From NCBI RefSeq assembly GCF_009914755.1, contig NC_060936.1: a stretch of DNA of 64,000 bases, one strand, 5' to 3'. The notes under the pieces are model-generated. The model had not been told where the DNA came from. It was given only the letters and a program-made list of their open reading frames with translations, and did no database searches. Below are positions 27,038 through 40,178 of this stretch, piece by piece. Position 1 is the first letter of the stretch, and each line of letters starts with the position of its first letter. The position numbers and the translations under genes are program-made. The stretch comes from the human T2T-CHM13v2.0 reference genome, Homo sapiens.

Positions 27038-27393
27038 TGTATTAGTCTGTTTTCACACTGCTGATAAAGACATACCTGAGACTGGGCAATATGCAAAAGA
27101 AAGAGGTTTAATTGGAGTTCCATGTGGCTGAGGAAGCCTCACAATCATGGAGGAAGACAAGGAGGAGCAAGTCATGTCTTACATGGATGGCAGCAAACAA
27201 AGAGAGCTTGTGCAGGAATACTCCCCCTTATAATAACCATCAGATCTCTTGAAACTTACTCACTATCACGAGAACAGCATGAGAAAGACCTGCCCCTGTG
27301 ATTCAATGATTCAATTACCTCCCACAGAGTCCCTCCCACAATATGTGGGAATTCAAGATGAGATTTGGGTGGGGACACAGCCAAACCATATCA
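27038..27393 (-). mobile_element. THE1 (THE1B-like) MaLR solo LTR
   Basis: tgtattagtctgttttcacactgctgataaagacatacc...gagatttgggtggggacacagccaaaccatatca; TSD atggg/attgg. Confidence 0.93.
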
Positions 27394-27718
27394 ATTGGTC
27401 AAAGTACAGAGGGTGAAATCATGGAAGAGGGAGATGAAGAAACTGTAGTCTCACGCTGATTTCATTCTGTGGAGGTCTCCACATTGGATGGCATCACCCG
27501 TTCTGCTGGAATTCAGGATCTACTTGCAATTCTTAAAAGCCTTGTGATTCTAATGTCAGAAATTCTTAAAAGCCCTGTGATTCTAATATCAGAAATCCTA
27601 TCTACAGAAACAATGGGAATGCAAATGGTCAGTATCTAGTGCTATGTGACTTTCTATCACAAGGAAGTGGGTCAAAGGGCAGCCTGATTAATGCTTAATT
27701 ATATTTCTGTCCAGAATC

Positions 27719-28071
27719 TTTTTTTTCTTTTTGAGATGGGATCTCTCTCTGTCACCCAGGCTGGAGTGCAGTGGCACCATTACAGCTCACTGCAACCTCC
27801 GCCTCCAGCTCTCGTCTCAGCCTCCCAATTAGCTGAGACCTACAGGCATGCACCACCATTTCTGACCAATTTTTGTGGGTTTTTTTTATTATTATTTTAT
27901 TATACTTTAAGTTCTAGGGTACATGTGCACAACATGCAGGTTTGTTTCATATGTAGAGATGCAATTTTGCCATGTTGTCCAGGCTGGTCTCAAGCTCCTG
28001 GACTCAAGCGATTCGCCTGTCTTGGCCTTCCAAAGTGTTGGGATTACAGGCATGAGCCACCGTGCCCAGCC
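27719..28071 (-). mobile_element. AluJ (Jb-like) with an L1 fragment in its linker
   Basis: Two arms; TSD ctgtccagaat at 27707-27717 and 28072-28082. Confidence 0.92.
27880..27955 (-). mobile_element. L1PA extreme 3' end (~75 bp)
   Basis: ttttattatactttaagttctagggtacatgtgcacaacatgcaggtttgtt is the antisense L1PA terminus. Confidence 0.92.
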
Positions 28072-28198
28072 CTGTCCAGAATTCTTGTTAACCCTGTTAG
28101 GACGGCTTCACTGAAGGTCTTACCTCCAAATACCATCACACTGAGCATTAGGATTTAACATATGAATGGGGTAGAACATAAACAGTCTGTCTATAACA

Positions 28199-28340
28199 AT
28201 GCTTAATGCACTTTGCGTATTTTCATCCTGAACCATGTTGGGAAGTTGGGACTTTAACGTTATTTCACAAAGGAGGAAATGGAGGCCCAAGCATTTAGGA
28301 GATTTTCTCAGGCCAGCCAACAAGTTAACTGCAGAGCCAG
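28199..28340 (-). mobile_element. MIR fragment (probable host of the MLT1A)
   Basis: atttcacaaaggaggaaatggaggcccaa..gcagagccag. Confidence 0.6.
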
Positions 28341-30309
28341 TTGATAACCAAAGCCTCTCACTCTCACATCTGTCCTCTTCCCACTCTGTCATGCTCTTGG
28401 AGCAACCTCCTTGACCCCTGTTTCCCCAAAGAGATCACCAGCACTAGTGTGTTCTACACAGACTTTATTTCCTATCATGGTATAAATACCCCTGCCAGGG
28501 GTAACCACAAAAGTTGTAGCTTACTACAAATGACCTCATCACGTACATTCCAGTGGGCAATTTGGGAGGAGCCGGGAGAGAACATGAAGCCTCTATGGGG
28601 TCAATAAGCAAGGTTTAATCTAAGGGTGGGAAGCATCCAGAGAGGAGCAGTTGGGGATAGCACAGGCCAACTTGGGGGCCCCTTCAGTCCAGGGTTTCTG
28701 TGTTCTACTTTCCTCAGAGGGCTGAAGGGAAACCTCTCTCCCTCATTTCAGGCTTTTTCTCCTGTTTGGATGGTGTTTTCCAGGATTCCACAGGACAGCC
28801 ATGAGTGCGGCTTTTCCAGGGCTCAGACACTCCTTAGATAGAGGCAGGGCAGTGTGGTGATGACCTCCCCAAACCGGTGGCGCTGCAAGGTTGATTCTCT
28901 CCCTAATCCCTGGCCCTTAGAGTGTTCCCAGAGCCCTGCCTAATTGTCTTGTGTAGATAATGCAGGCTGGGTGGTGGAACTGCTTCTACACTCAGCTTCT
29001 GGGGGACATCTCAAAGGCTTGAGCAACTTGCATAACTGCTCAGAAACTAAGATCTTTTCACAGGCCATCATAAGGACAAGGTCCACTGGACCAGACAGAG
29101 GGACTGATGCACAGAGTCATCCCTATCTCCCCTTTCAAGATGTGCCTAAGCCCAAGAGAAAGGAGTAAGCTCACTAGGTCAGGGTTGGCACTAACACCCT
29201 GGAGCAGATTGAGGATCTGCTGTTTGCGTCCAGACATCAGAGGCAAGCGGCAGCATGCCTTGGGAGAGAGTGGCCCTTCCCAGGCTATGCAGATGCTTGT
29301 TCTAACTCTTCCTCGTTTCTTACAAAAGAATTCTTCCATTTAGAAAAAGGTCCTTTTCCTTCTCTTTGAGGTTGGGTTAGGGCCTCTTTGTTCCTTTTTA
29401 ATGATGAGTCCCTGTCCAGGCAAGAATCAAATGAGAGAAAGGGAGAGCCATATCAGCAAGGCAGACTGTTGAGCTCCCAATGCTTTGGGAGAGGCAGAAA
29501 CAGGGTGGGTTGGTCCTTGCTGCCATGGGGCACATAGCCTAATGGGTCTTTGGAGAATGCAGGTGTCACCTTTCCATCTCAGTGCTGACAACTGCCCTGG
29601 TGTTGTGTGTGATTCCTAGGGACATCTGTAATGGGGAGAGCAGGGTCTAGAACCCAAGTTCTCTTCCTGACTCCACCTCTACTGACCTGGGTGGGCCTGG
29701 TAGGTTCGGTCTCTGAAGCTATCTCCTCCTCGGTAATATAGATGCTGAGGGTCATGCACAGCTCTCTTCTTGGCTGTTTGGAGGAGCCACTGGGAGCCGG
29801 AAATGTATTCATAGGAGAAGGCTGAATACCCAGCCTTCCTAGTCAGATTGTTGGGAAGCCTATCATGTTCTCTTGGTCTTCAAGCCTCCCTTGCTTCTAA
29901 GAGGAGGAAACTCTTACCTGCCTTGGCTCTCCTTTATGGAGATCAAGTTGTTTCTATTCCCACCAACAATACCGAGGTTTTGCTCCTCATATACAGCTCC
30001 CCTGGACTCTCCCACAGCTTTGTGCTTGTCCTCCAGCTTACTGTTCTGCCAACAGGGTCCGAGCCCCTCCTGTGAGCCCTGCCTGGTGCCTTGGTGAGGT
30101 CTCGTTGTCTAGGGACAGGAGTGCAAACGCCAGGCATGGCTATACCAGGCTTGGTGTGTGATGGCTGGCTTGTCCATCATATCTCCCATTGTTCCCACTG
30201 AGACCAGAAGGCACCTCCTCCCTCCCCTCTGCTCCACCCCAGGGTTCTATGGCACCTCTGCCTGCAGAGGCCCCCTGCCTACCCTTCTAGATCCACAGCT
30301 TCCCTCCCA

Positions 30310-30590
30310 TCCTGCCATCCATCAAGTCTGAAATCAAATATAGCCTTTGCTCTGCAACTTTCCCTTATAAAGATTCTGTGGGAGTGAGCTCTCCCTTCTC
30401 TGACCCTTCCTTGTTTCTCCTGCTCTTGTGGACTAAATATGATGACTTTTTGCTGAACTTGTGCAATTTTTCTTCCTGTTCTAGGAGCTCAGAGAGGATG
30501 ATATCTGGTCATGGACATTTTTTCCCCAGTGCTTGGTGCAGTGCCTGGCCCTCAGGGGTGCCTGATTAGTGTCTGGGGAATGAATGAATA
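30310..30590 (+). mobile_element. L2 3' fragment
   Basis: tccccagtgcttggtgcagtgcctggc..gaatgaatgaat. Confidence 0.6.
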
Positions 30591-30949
30591 ACTGGGATGA
30601 GACAAAGGCAGATACAGGTGCCATGGGGACTAATGCTTACATAAATATTGGCACTATCTCCAAGGAAAATAAATAAAAATTATGACTATAGAGTTGGATA
30701 CAAGGCCTCTGCATCGTGAGGGGTGTAGAGCTCAGTCTTCCTCAACTCCTGAGTCACTTCCCTGGGTGAGGGTGAGGGAGGTGCCTTGGTCGGAGTGCTT
30801 CTCAAATCCAGGCCTGCGCAGCCCATGCCACCCCACAGCCCAGAAGGAGCATCCAGGGGCACCCTCCATGATTGATAATTGGGGCTGGAGGGCAAATGAG
30901 GAAAAAGGAACAAGGTGAGAAGGAAAGAGCACATCGAAGCAGAAATCCT

Positions 30950-31110
30950 GAGAGACCCCCGCCCTTTCTGCTAAGGGTGTTATCTCTGCCCCTAGAGTTT
31001 CAACTAAGTGTCTTTATCAAGGCTTATAAATTCCACCCTCCATGCAGCAACTCTTCCCACCACCGCCCCCTGCCCTGCAGCCCCTGCCATCCCTCCTCCT
31101 CCCCTCACTG
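30950..31110. promoter_or_regulatory. Candidate promoter/enhancer motif cluster
   Basis: GC box ccccgccc 30957-30964, GATA sites at 30980 and 31014, TATAAAT 31025-31031, C-run cluster 31066-31104. Confidence 0.3.
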
Positions 31111-33314
31111 CCTCCAAAATCAATTTTCAGCAAGAGCAGCAGGTTCGGAGCCATCTGGGGCTGCTGGCAGCCTCAGCAGGATCTAAGCAGCTCAGTCTGT
31201 TTCCCTTAAACCAGCCCCCGAGTTTCTCTGCCATCCCCAGCCTGGTCTTCCCCCTCTTCCCTCTTGCAAGGAGGAGGAGGAAGAATTGGTTCCGGACCTA
31301 AGTGTTCTTCTCCTGAGGGGTCCCCCATCCCTGCAGGGCATCCCTGGGTGGGGTGTCAGAGTCCGGCTGTGCTGGCCCCAGGCAGCCAGACAGCAGTACG
31401 GGCCACTTCCCCACCTGTGGGGAAGGACGGATGCGCTAATTGGCAGGCAGAGCACCGAGTGGAGGGAGCTGGAGCCGAGCCACGTTCGCAGAGATGCACT
31501 TTTCCTCACCTCAGCCTCATGGAAGCTGTGCGGCTCCATCTTGACAAAAGTGCCATTGCATACACAAGGCCATTGTCTCTCTGTTTGGGGGCAAGGAGCA
31601 AAAAGTAGAAACTCCTTGTTTTCCCTAGGCTTGAGAGAAGACCTTTCCATTCCGGAGCCCCTGGGAAGGAATATCCTGCAGAAGAGGGAGTCACACTAGA
31701 ATGTTTTGTGTGTGTGTTTGCTTTAGATATGGGGACCAGCCTACGAGACTTCCTTCAGCTGAGCCTCTCGGCCACACCTCACACTTACCCCCGACACACA
31801 CACAGATGTGCTTTCAGCTTTCACCTGCTTTCACAAGTGTTTCTTAGTCTTCTAGTTACAAAGGAGTGATTTTAGGTGACTTCAATTGGGGTGAAGACTC
31901 CCCCACAATATGTCTTCGCCTCCTCCCTCACGCTGCCCCCATCTCCTTCCAACATTGTTCTTTAGTCCCCGTGTCCTTGGCCAGCCTGCCAGGCACTACC
32001 TCTTTCCCACAGGCCACCAGTTGAAACAGAAAACACCCACAGTTAAATATGGCCCCAGGAAAACAGAGTTAAAGGAATATTAGGTACATAGTCTTTGCTT
32101 CTGGAACTTTCTCCAAGTGACTAGAAGAGGCAAGACCTCAGCCCATATCACCTGAATAATGGACAGATGATCTTTCTATTTGGAACAGCCAAGAACAATA
32201 TTCTCAAGAGTATTCTCGTGGGATGAAGTGTTAGGGAGAGCAGCAGTGTCACGAATGAGCACTGGAACAGGAGACAGGAGACCAGAATGCATGGACTGGC
32301 TCTACCACTCTGTCTCTGACCTTGGGAAATTTCCACTTTCAACCTTGATGGCCTTCCCTGTAAAATAAGGAACTGGTCTTGACACTCATCTCACCATCAA
32401 GCAGAGTGCCAGCTGCAATGTGGGTGCTTGATCGATGCTTGTTGAAACAGATGATCTTAGTCTGAGATTCTCGAATGGCAGAATCCCACCACAGTGCCTA
32501 CCACACAGTAGGTATTCAATAAAAGTGAATTTCTGTAAGTTAATTTTCATGTGACTACAGAAAACCGGTGCAGCATGCTTGAATTAGGGATGTATTGTGT
32601 AATTCATAATCAGGGAGTTTGGGTGGTGCAGAGGGGTGATTCCAGGAACAGAGGTCCACAGACAGCCCTCTGTGAGAAGGGCTGAGAAGACCCTGGCACA
32701 GCTGGAGGGACAAACACACTCTCTTCACCTCACTCAGCCTCTTCCCTCGGCTCCCCTCCCTCATGGGAGTCTCCCTAACAGATACGCCCTAGGCAGAGGA
32801 GAAAAGATCACAACACGGGCCTGGACACCAGGGCTTTCAGAACCAGTGTGGGATGGGAACTCCCTTTTATGGTACAGTGGCCTCTGAGCAACGCTTCAGG
32901 GGAAAGCTGGGTGACCTCTGGATGCCCCCTCAGCTTGCCAGGACAATTTTGACATTCCCATAGCGCAGGTGGGCTGGTTTGAGGAACCCAATACCAGCTA
33001 TAGCCAAATTCCTGGGGAAACGGAAAGAACATTCATAGAGTTCAGTCTAGGGAATCTCAAAGGTCTTTTGAGAAAGGCTTTGGAGGAGGCAGCACTTGCC
33101 TGAAGGAAGGAGGATGAAAGGGATGAATTGGCTGGGCAAATGGTCCAGGCCTAGGCTCAGTGAGCACAGGTGGATGGACTCCCTGAAATCCCCATCACCC
33201 ACCCGCTGTGAGAACGATAGTGCTGCTCTGCACTATAACTTCCGGGGGAGCAGGGTTGTCCTTAATCAAATTTGTCTTCCCTGCCCCCGCATAGATGATT
33301 GCTACATTTGTGCC

Positions 33315-33961
<647 letters not shown>

Positions 33962-34299
33962 TAAGGTGTGGGGATATTTCAGTTTCCAGAGCCTTATTTA
34001 GGTTTAACTAATCATCATCTTTCATAATCACAGACAACTTTATGTTTTCAGAGCAGCTTGACACACAGAATGGTATTTTTTCCTTCACAAATTTTCTCTG
34101 CACAATAGACGAGGGGAATCTTATTATACTTATTTAAGAGATGAGAAACCTGAGAAAGACAGAGATCATGATTAGCCCAAGCTTACTTGATTAGGCAGCT
34201 AGGCAGCGGAGATGCAAGGCTAGGATATACCCTTGTCTCTCTGTTTTCCAACTTCATGATTTTTGCCATGTAGCTTTGCCCCCTACACTACTGCTTATT

Positions 34300-34476
34300 A
34301 TAAATATATGATATATATTTAAAAGATATAATTATTTTTATATGATCAATTAAATATATATTTAATATTTATATGTTTAATCATTTAATGTTTATATGTT
34401 CAAATATATTTAATATTTATATATTTAATTAATTAAATATATATTTAATATTACACATTTATATATTTAATTAATT
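34300..34476. repeat. AT-rich low-complexity tract with a central palindrome
   Basis: Almost pure A/T; repeated atatatttaatatttat. Confidence 0.9.
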
Positions 34477-35984
34477 CGCTTTAGGAAAGTCTTCTGGTCC
34501 TAGGCCAGGAATTATCTTTGTAATTCTTTACTCTATTTGGATCATGTTTTTCTCTGTACATAGCATAGGATAAAAATGATGACAGCTAGCCAGCGTTTTT
34601 GAGTGCCTACGTATGTTGTAACTAATACAGTTCTCCCAGGAGACAGGCCACATGGAAGGTTTCTGAAGTTAAACAACAAGCTCAAGGTCATACAGAGGGT
34701 ATAGAGAGGAACAGGAGTTCATGGCCAGATCTTTCTTTCTGACTCCAAATGCCACATTGCCTGGCCTCTGGAACTTGACTGCCCCAGCACTCCCGTAGGG
34801 CCTGCCATCACTGAGGGTTTGCAAACCTCAGTCCAATATGGCTGCTGAATCCCCACCTGCACCATTCCATGTCCCATTTCAAAATCAACTATGGGCCCAG
34901 AGCTTTCCCTCTCTTTAATCCCACTTGTCTGTCCTAAGAACCAGGTGGTTTTGGTAAAGGTGTTCAGAGACTATAAAGTCATGGCAATTCCGTTCTCTAT
35001 CTTAGCAGGCAGAGTACTAGGACAGGAAAGGGGCTCTGTAGGCCAGCACGTAGCCGTTGCATATCCAAAGACCACCTCTGCCAGCCCAAGGATCCCCTAT
35101 GTAGAAAGTCTTATGAATGCCTCTGACAGTCAAAGTGGAGGGTGAGAAGTGCATCAATCCCAGGGTACCATGACTGCCTTACCTTAGGCAGGTATATTCT
35201 CAGGACACTAGAACACCCTGTGAAGTCCTCAAGGACTTGGGACACGATTGCTGCGCCTTCTTCCTGGGAAGAGTCAGGGGAGAAAGCACAGGTTACTTCA
35301 GCAACTGTGAAGTAAGACACCCAATTCTCCTTGAGAAAAAGTATTCTACTAAGTCAGATGTAGAGCTCCTTGATTAAAAAGAACCGAAAGCTAATCCAAT
35401 AAGTTATTTGCCATGAAGAAGGCTGCAAAGTCCATGAAAAATACTACTACATCTTTTCCTCACCACTAAAAAAAAAGGGAGAAAAAACCTTCACATGAGC
35501 TGACATGACATTGATGACCACTATAGGAATTTAGAACATGATCAGTTAGGAAGGGCTTGAACCTAAATCTAACTACGGATTATGCTTCTGGATCTTGAAA
35601 AAGAAACCAGACTTCAAAGCAAAGGTTAAGAAAGTTCTATCTTGGAGGGAGTACCTCCCAATCTAAGGCTGCCTTTAGTTGTTGTTTTAAGCATCTTGTA
35701 AGATAGCTTTATTTCCCTGGTTTCTTAGTAAATTCCTTAAGGTCAGACACAATCTCTCAAATTTCTTTTGAGCCTCACATCTCACCAGCAAAATTCACAC
35801 CACAAACACAGAAGCAGCTCCACACAGAGGCCTCTGTCTCTTTGAAAAGAAATAATGGCAATGACCGGGATGGTCTTAAACCCTCCACTCTCTGGGTCTT
35901 TGTTTTCTCACAGTAAGATGAAAATCTCTCTTCAAGATCCCTCTGGGTCTAGGTAGGTTACTTCTCTGGAGAAAAGACATGTGG

Positions 35985-36180
35985 CATCAGAAAAAGAGCA
36001 CTCAACTTAGAACCAGACAAGTCATTTGAATTCTTGCAGGATCACCTACTACTAAGCCTTTCTGTGCCTCAGTTTCTTTGCCTGTAAAAGGGAAAGATGA
36101 TACATGCCTTCCTTATTTCAAATGGTTCTTGTGAAACATAATTCAGACAGCAAATGGGAAAAGAAACCATTGTAAATCAT
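35985..36180 (+). mobile_element. MIR SINE
   Basis: tctgtgcctcagtttctttgcctgtaaaaggg..atggttcttgtga. Confidence 0.7.
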
Positions 36181-36529
36181 GGAGCTAAACTCATAGGGAA
36201 GTAGCTTTCTACAGTAGGATGAAGTAGTTGAATGGAGTTTTATATGCAGAGGATCCCACAAAGTTAAAAAAACTGCACAGAAAAAATAAAAAAAGGAGCG
36301 ATTTCAGATGGCATGGCATGGGAATGGGCAAGAAACATCTTCCACGTAAACAATGCAAGCTTTAGACTTCTTGGCTGTTAATTACATGAAGAGACCAAGA
36401 GACTTGTAAACCCATCTGCTGCATTGTAGATGATTCCATACGGTTGAAATCTGATTCTGGCTCTTGGAGAGTGGGTTAAGTAGATACAATCAGGCAGGAG
36501 CACTGTGAATAAAACAATAGAAAGGCATA

Positions 36530-36740
36530 TTTGTATTGTTCTTTACTGTTTTCAAAGCACTTATGCATATATTATTATCCCATTTCATCCTTATACACAC
36601 GTGAAGTAGGTATTAGGTTCTTATTCTTCAAGTGAAGAAACTGAGACTCAGGAGAAGTAATTTGCTAAAAGTCACACAATTAATAAACAACTCCACCCAA
36701 ACTCAGGTGTCCTGATCCAAAAGTCTCTGCTTCTTCCAAG
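36530..36740 (-). mobile_element. MIR SINE
   Basis: tgaagtaggtatta..tgaagaaactgagactcaggagaagtaatttgctaaaagtcacaca. Confidence 0.8.
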
Positions 36741-38774
36741 TTTGAGAAAAATATTATGTTACTTATCTCAGTAGATTTATTGTGGGGGAAATGAAGCCGT
36801 CTTAGCTTTTTTGGCAAAAGTGCACTCTGGTCTTCCTATTGCACCATCAAGCTTTGTTGCCTGCACTCCAAATCTTGAAAGTGTTTTAAAATATTAATGC
36901 TCATCATACAAATAGATTGCACCACAGATTGTAAAGATGCCTAGAATTAGTCCATGAATATAATGTCATGGAAGCACTATTGCCTTTGATCCTAAGCTTG
37001 TATCCCTGGGGCCAGCCAAGCAAGGGGAGATGTGTACAGTTTGATCTGAATCTTGGATTTCTGGAGGAATCTTGGAGCCTATGTGTAAATGTAAGATTTG
37101 CCCCTGGGTATGGACATAGACCTGCAGCAGATCCCTATCCATTGGCTAGGATGCTTGAGCAGGACATTGCTTTCTGGTATGCTATCATATCTCCATGTGT
37201 TTGAAGACAGTCACTGACCATACTATAGAAGTTCCCTTTGTGTTCTGGGAAACATAAGGAGGAATAAATTGGTGCTTGGCTGAACATCGAAAGCAGGTCG
37301 TGAGGACAAGCCCAGCCTAATGCTTTCACTCTCCCTTGCCTCAGCACATATCTGTATCCCTCAGGAGCTAATTCTGTGGAAAGTTAGTGGTGGTTTGTCC
37401 TTTTGAACAAGAGGAATGACTCAAGATAAGCCAATGTTATCATATTCTGTTAAATCCATTTCTCCTTAGATGTTGGACACTGAGTTGCGATCAAGATGGA
37501 TTTAGGCAATGAGGACTCTCTGTTTTAAAAAATGCAACCACATAAATCAATTGACTTTGTTCAATGGATTCACCTACTATGAGGCCAATCTCTATTCTTG
37601 TAAAATTTTCCCCCAATTTAGGGGTTTCTATACCTGGTTTACTGAGTGATATTTGGAAAATTACTCACACTCTCTGGTCTTGATCTCAAACTCTTGATTT
37701 CAAAGTATCTGGAGAATGACAAACGTGCCTACTTTTCCACTGAGCTTTCTATGAGAACTAATCAAGTATTGAGCAACTATTTTGAACTAGCTGTTTTAAT
37801 TAGTAGAAGAGACCAGTGAGGGGTATAATCCAAGAAAACATCTAATCCAGGAACAACTAAAGAAGCAACAAATCAACGAGGCATAGGATTCTATCATGTT
37901 TTCAATTTAGGACTGGACCTAACATGAGGCACGAAAATAATCTAAGACATTATTTTTTGCACCAATGAATTTATAATCAAGCTGTGAAGATAATTCCTTA
38001 AGTGAGGTCTACAAAGAATAGGACTAATTGAATTCCACATTACAATTGTCTTGTAAAGTTATTTACTTATTCCAGTGGTTCTTCCATTGCTCCAGACATT
38101 TCTGGCATCCCCTTTAGTTTGTTGATGAACAAATTTGAAAGGGAGAGTTGGCACCCACTTCTCAGTAGGAAGAATCTCCTCCCCAATTCCTCCATTGCAA
38201 TGAATTTGGGCTGGGGTTAGATCAGAAAGCCCAGGTTATCAGCTTCTGGCTTCTGAAAAGAACACCTGCTTGCTTGGAAGTATCAGGTGATCTAGGAGGA
38301 AAAATACAAAATGGAAAGGATTGGTTTCAGGAGACAATGGGAGCAGAGGATCAAAGGGTCTGGGAGGCACCAGCAGGCCTGAGAGTGGGTGAACCTCAGT
38401 GACACACACCTGGTGTCACTTTCTAATGGAGATTCCCGATTAGCGGAAAGAGTCAGAAAACATTTGGTAAATGGAGAGTACTATCTCTTCCTGTGCAGCC
38501 TTCTGAACCATAAGCTGTGCAATTTGTTCTTCTGTGGGGGTGTAGTGCCAGACCTTGTTTTGCAGATGGACAAACCCTTGGCTAAGCTCTAAAATCTGGG
38601 GGCTACCATTTATTTTGCTGATGACTTGAATCCCTCCCCGCTCCCCTTTATTTTTCCAAGAAAGGCTGCTCTTTAAAGATTGACCTGATCAAGTTTCAGG
38701 AAAGTTCGGTCAACTCTTGATTCCCACTTTGGATAATAGCCTGGTTAAATTTTAATGTTAGGCTGCCCTGTATT

Positions 38775-39460
38775 CAATTCAATAGCCCACATATTTATTA
38801 AGTAACTACCCTGCAAAAGGACAGACATGCACCGTTAAAGAGGAACCATGAATAGTGCATGATGCTCACTCTCAGAGGCCTGATTCTCTAATAGTGGAAC
38901 TAAATAAATAACAACAACTGCAATAGAAGGCTGAACGTGTTAGCTATAGATGACAAGTTCAAAGTCCTGGGGCATTTTAAACTGGGAGAGACCATATATG
39001 CACAGTGTTGGGTTAAGTAGGGAAGCCATGGCGTTATGACGTGGGAGTGACAGCTGAGATAAGTCTCAAAAGGTTCATAGAATTTTTCCAGTCAGAGATG
39101 AGTATGGTGGCCTTGAAGAAGTTGGTGGGGAGGCATGGGATATAACTGATACAGGAAGTTTGATTAAAAGTATGGAAAAAGGAGTAGAGAAAGGTGGGCT
39201 CGAAAGAGTAGAGTGGGTACAGATTTTGGAGGCTCTGAATGCCAGGTTAAGTTTCTGGCACAAAGTAGTGGGGAGATGGGGAAGGCTTCTGAGCACAGGA
39301 ATGGTCAGTGTTGTACCTTGGGAGAGTACTCTGACAGCAGCAAATAGGGTAAACTGGAGGAGAAGAAATAGAAGAAGACTACTGCAATGTCCTGGAAGAG
39401 GAGGTGTGAGTGCCTGCCTCAGCAAGGTGGCAATTAGGAAGGAGATGGTGCCAAGGGAGA
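38775..39460 (-). mobile_element. L2 fragments
   Basis: catatttattaagtaactac..; ggggagatggggaaggcttctgagcacaggaatgg.. Confidence 0.55.
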
Positions 39461-39895
39461 CATGGCAGAGAAACCTCCTCCACACATCCTCTCCAGTGCA
39501 ATCCCTGGGTTAAATGACTCCTGACACAATGCTTTGAACAGCCAAATAGAATGGACTCTGGAGCTGTCTTGTTTCTAATTTTGTGCCTTAATGACCAGTT
39601 GATAAAAACCATCTAATGCCTGACTTAAGGAAGGTCCCAAGTGTTGGGACCCGCTCTGATCACAGTCCTCTGGCTACTTACGCAGGATATTTTGCCTGTC
39701 TACATTTATGGGAGTCTTGTTTTCTACACTATTTAATGTGCCCTTTTCTGAAAGATTATAAGAAAAGAAGCCAGATATTTGAGGTCAGAGGTTAGAGCTT
39801 GACGTAGAGATAGAAGGAAAGGAGGGAAATTATAGAAAAACACAAAAGAATTTATTAAAGAAAAGAAATTTTCATTGGTTCAAAAAGACAGCTAG

Positions 39896-40178
39896 GGCCA
39901 GGTGCGGTGGCTGACACCTGTAATCCCAGCATTTTGGGAGGCCAAGGCGGGTGGATCACCTGAGGTCAGGAGTTCGAGACCAACTTGGCCAACATGGTGA
40001 AACCCAGTCTCTACTAAAAATACAAAAAAATTAGCTGGGCGTGGTGGCACATGCCTGTAATCTGAGGCAGGGGAATTGCTTGAACCAAGGAATCAGAGGT
40101 TGCAGTGAGCCGAGATTGCGCCACTGCACTCCAGTCTGGCGACAGAGTGAGACTCGGTCTCAAAATACAAACAAACAA
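39896..40178 (+). mobile_element. AluS (Sx/Sq-like) with a short right-arm deletion
   Basis: gatcacctgaggtcaggagttcgagacc; lacks the cccagctactcgggagg segment; TSD aaaaagac(a/t)gctag. Confidence 0.93.

Larger units (their letters stand above)
26841..28110 (-). mobile_element. ERV1 solo LTR (LTR26-like), interrupted by THE1 and Alu
   Basis: ggttgcagcagagaaagaggtttaatc, gggagatgaagaaactgta, gcagcctgattaatgcttaattata and aattcttgttaaccctgt..ggcttca; flanked by ccgaa/ctgaa. Confidence 0.8.
26565..28198 (-). mobile_element. MLT1A/A0 MaLR solo LTR in two pieces (26565-26840 and 28111-28198), split by LTR26
   Basis: tgtcttggtcagcttgggctgctgtaacaaaatac... and ...aaataccatcacactg..aacatatgaat..ctataaca; TSD gtgct/atgct. 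Confidence 0.85.

Noticed and set aside
31042-31209. 55-aa Pro-rich ORF right after the TATA box
   Set aside because: The ATG is only ~11 nt from the TATA, upstream of the expected TSS, and the composition is explained by C-runs
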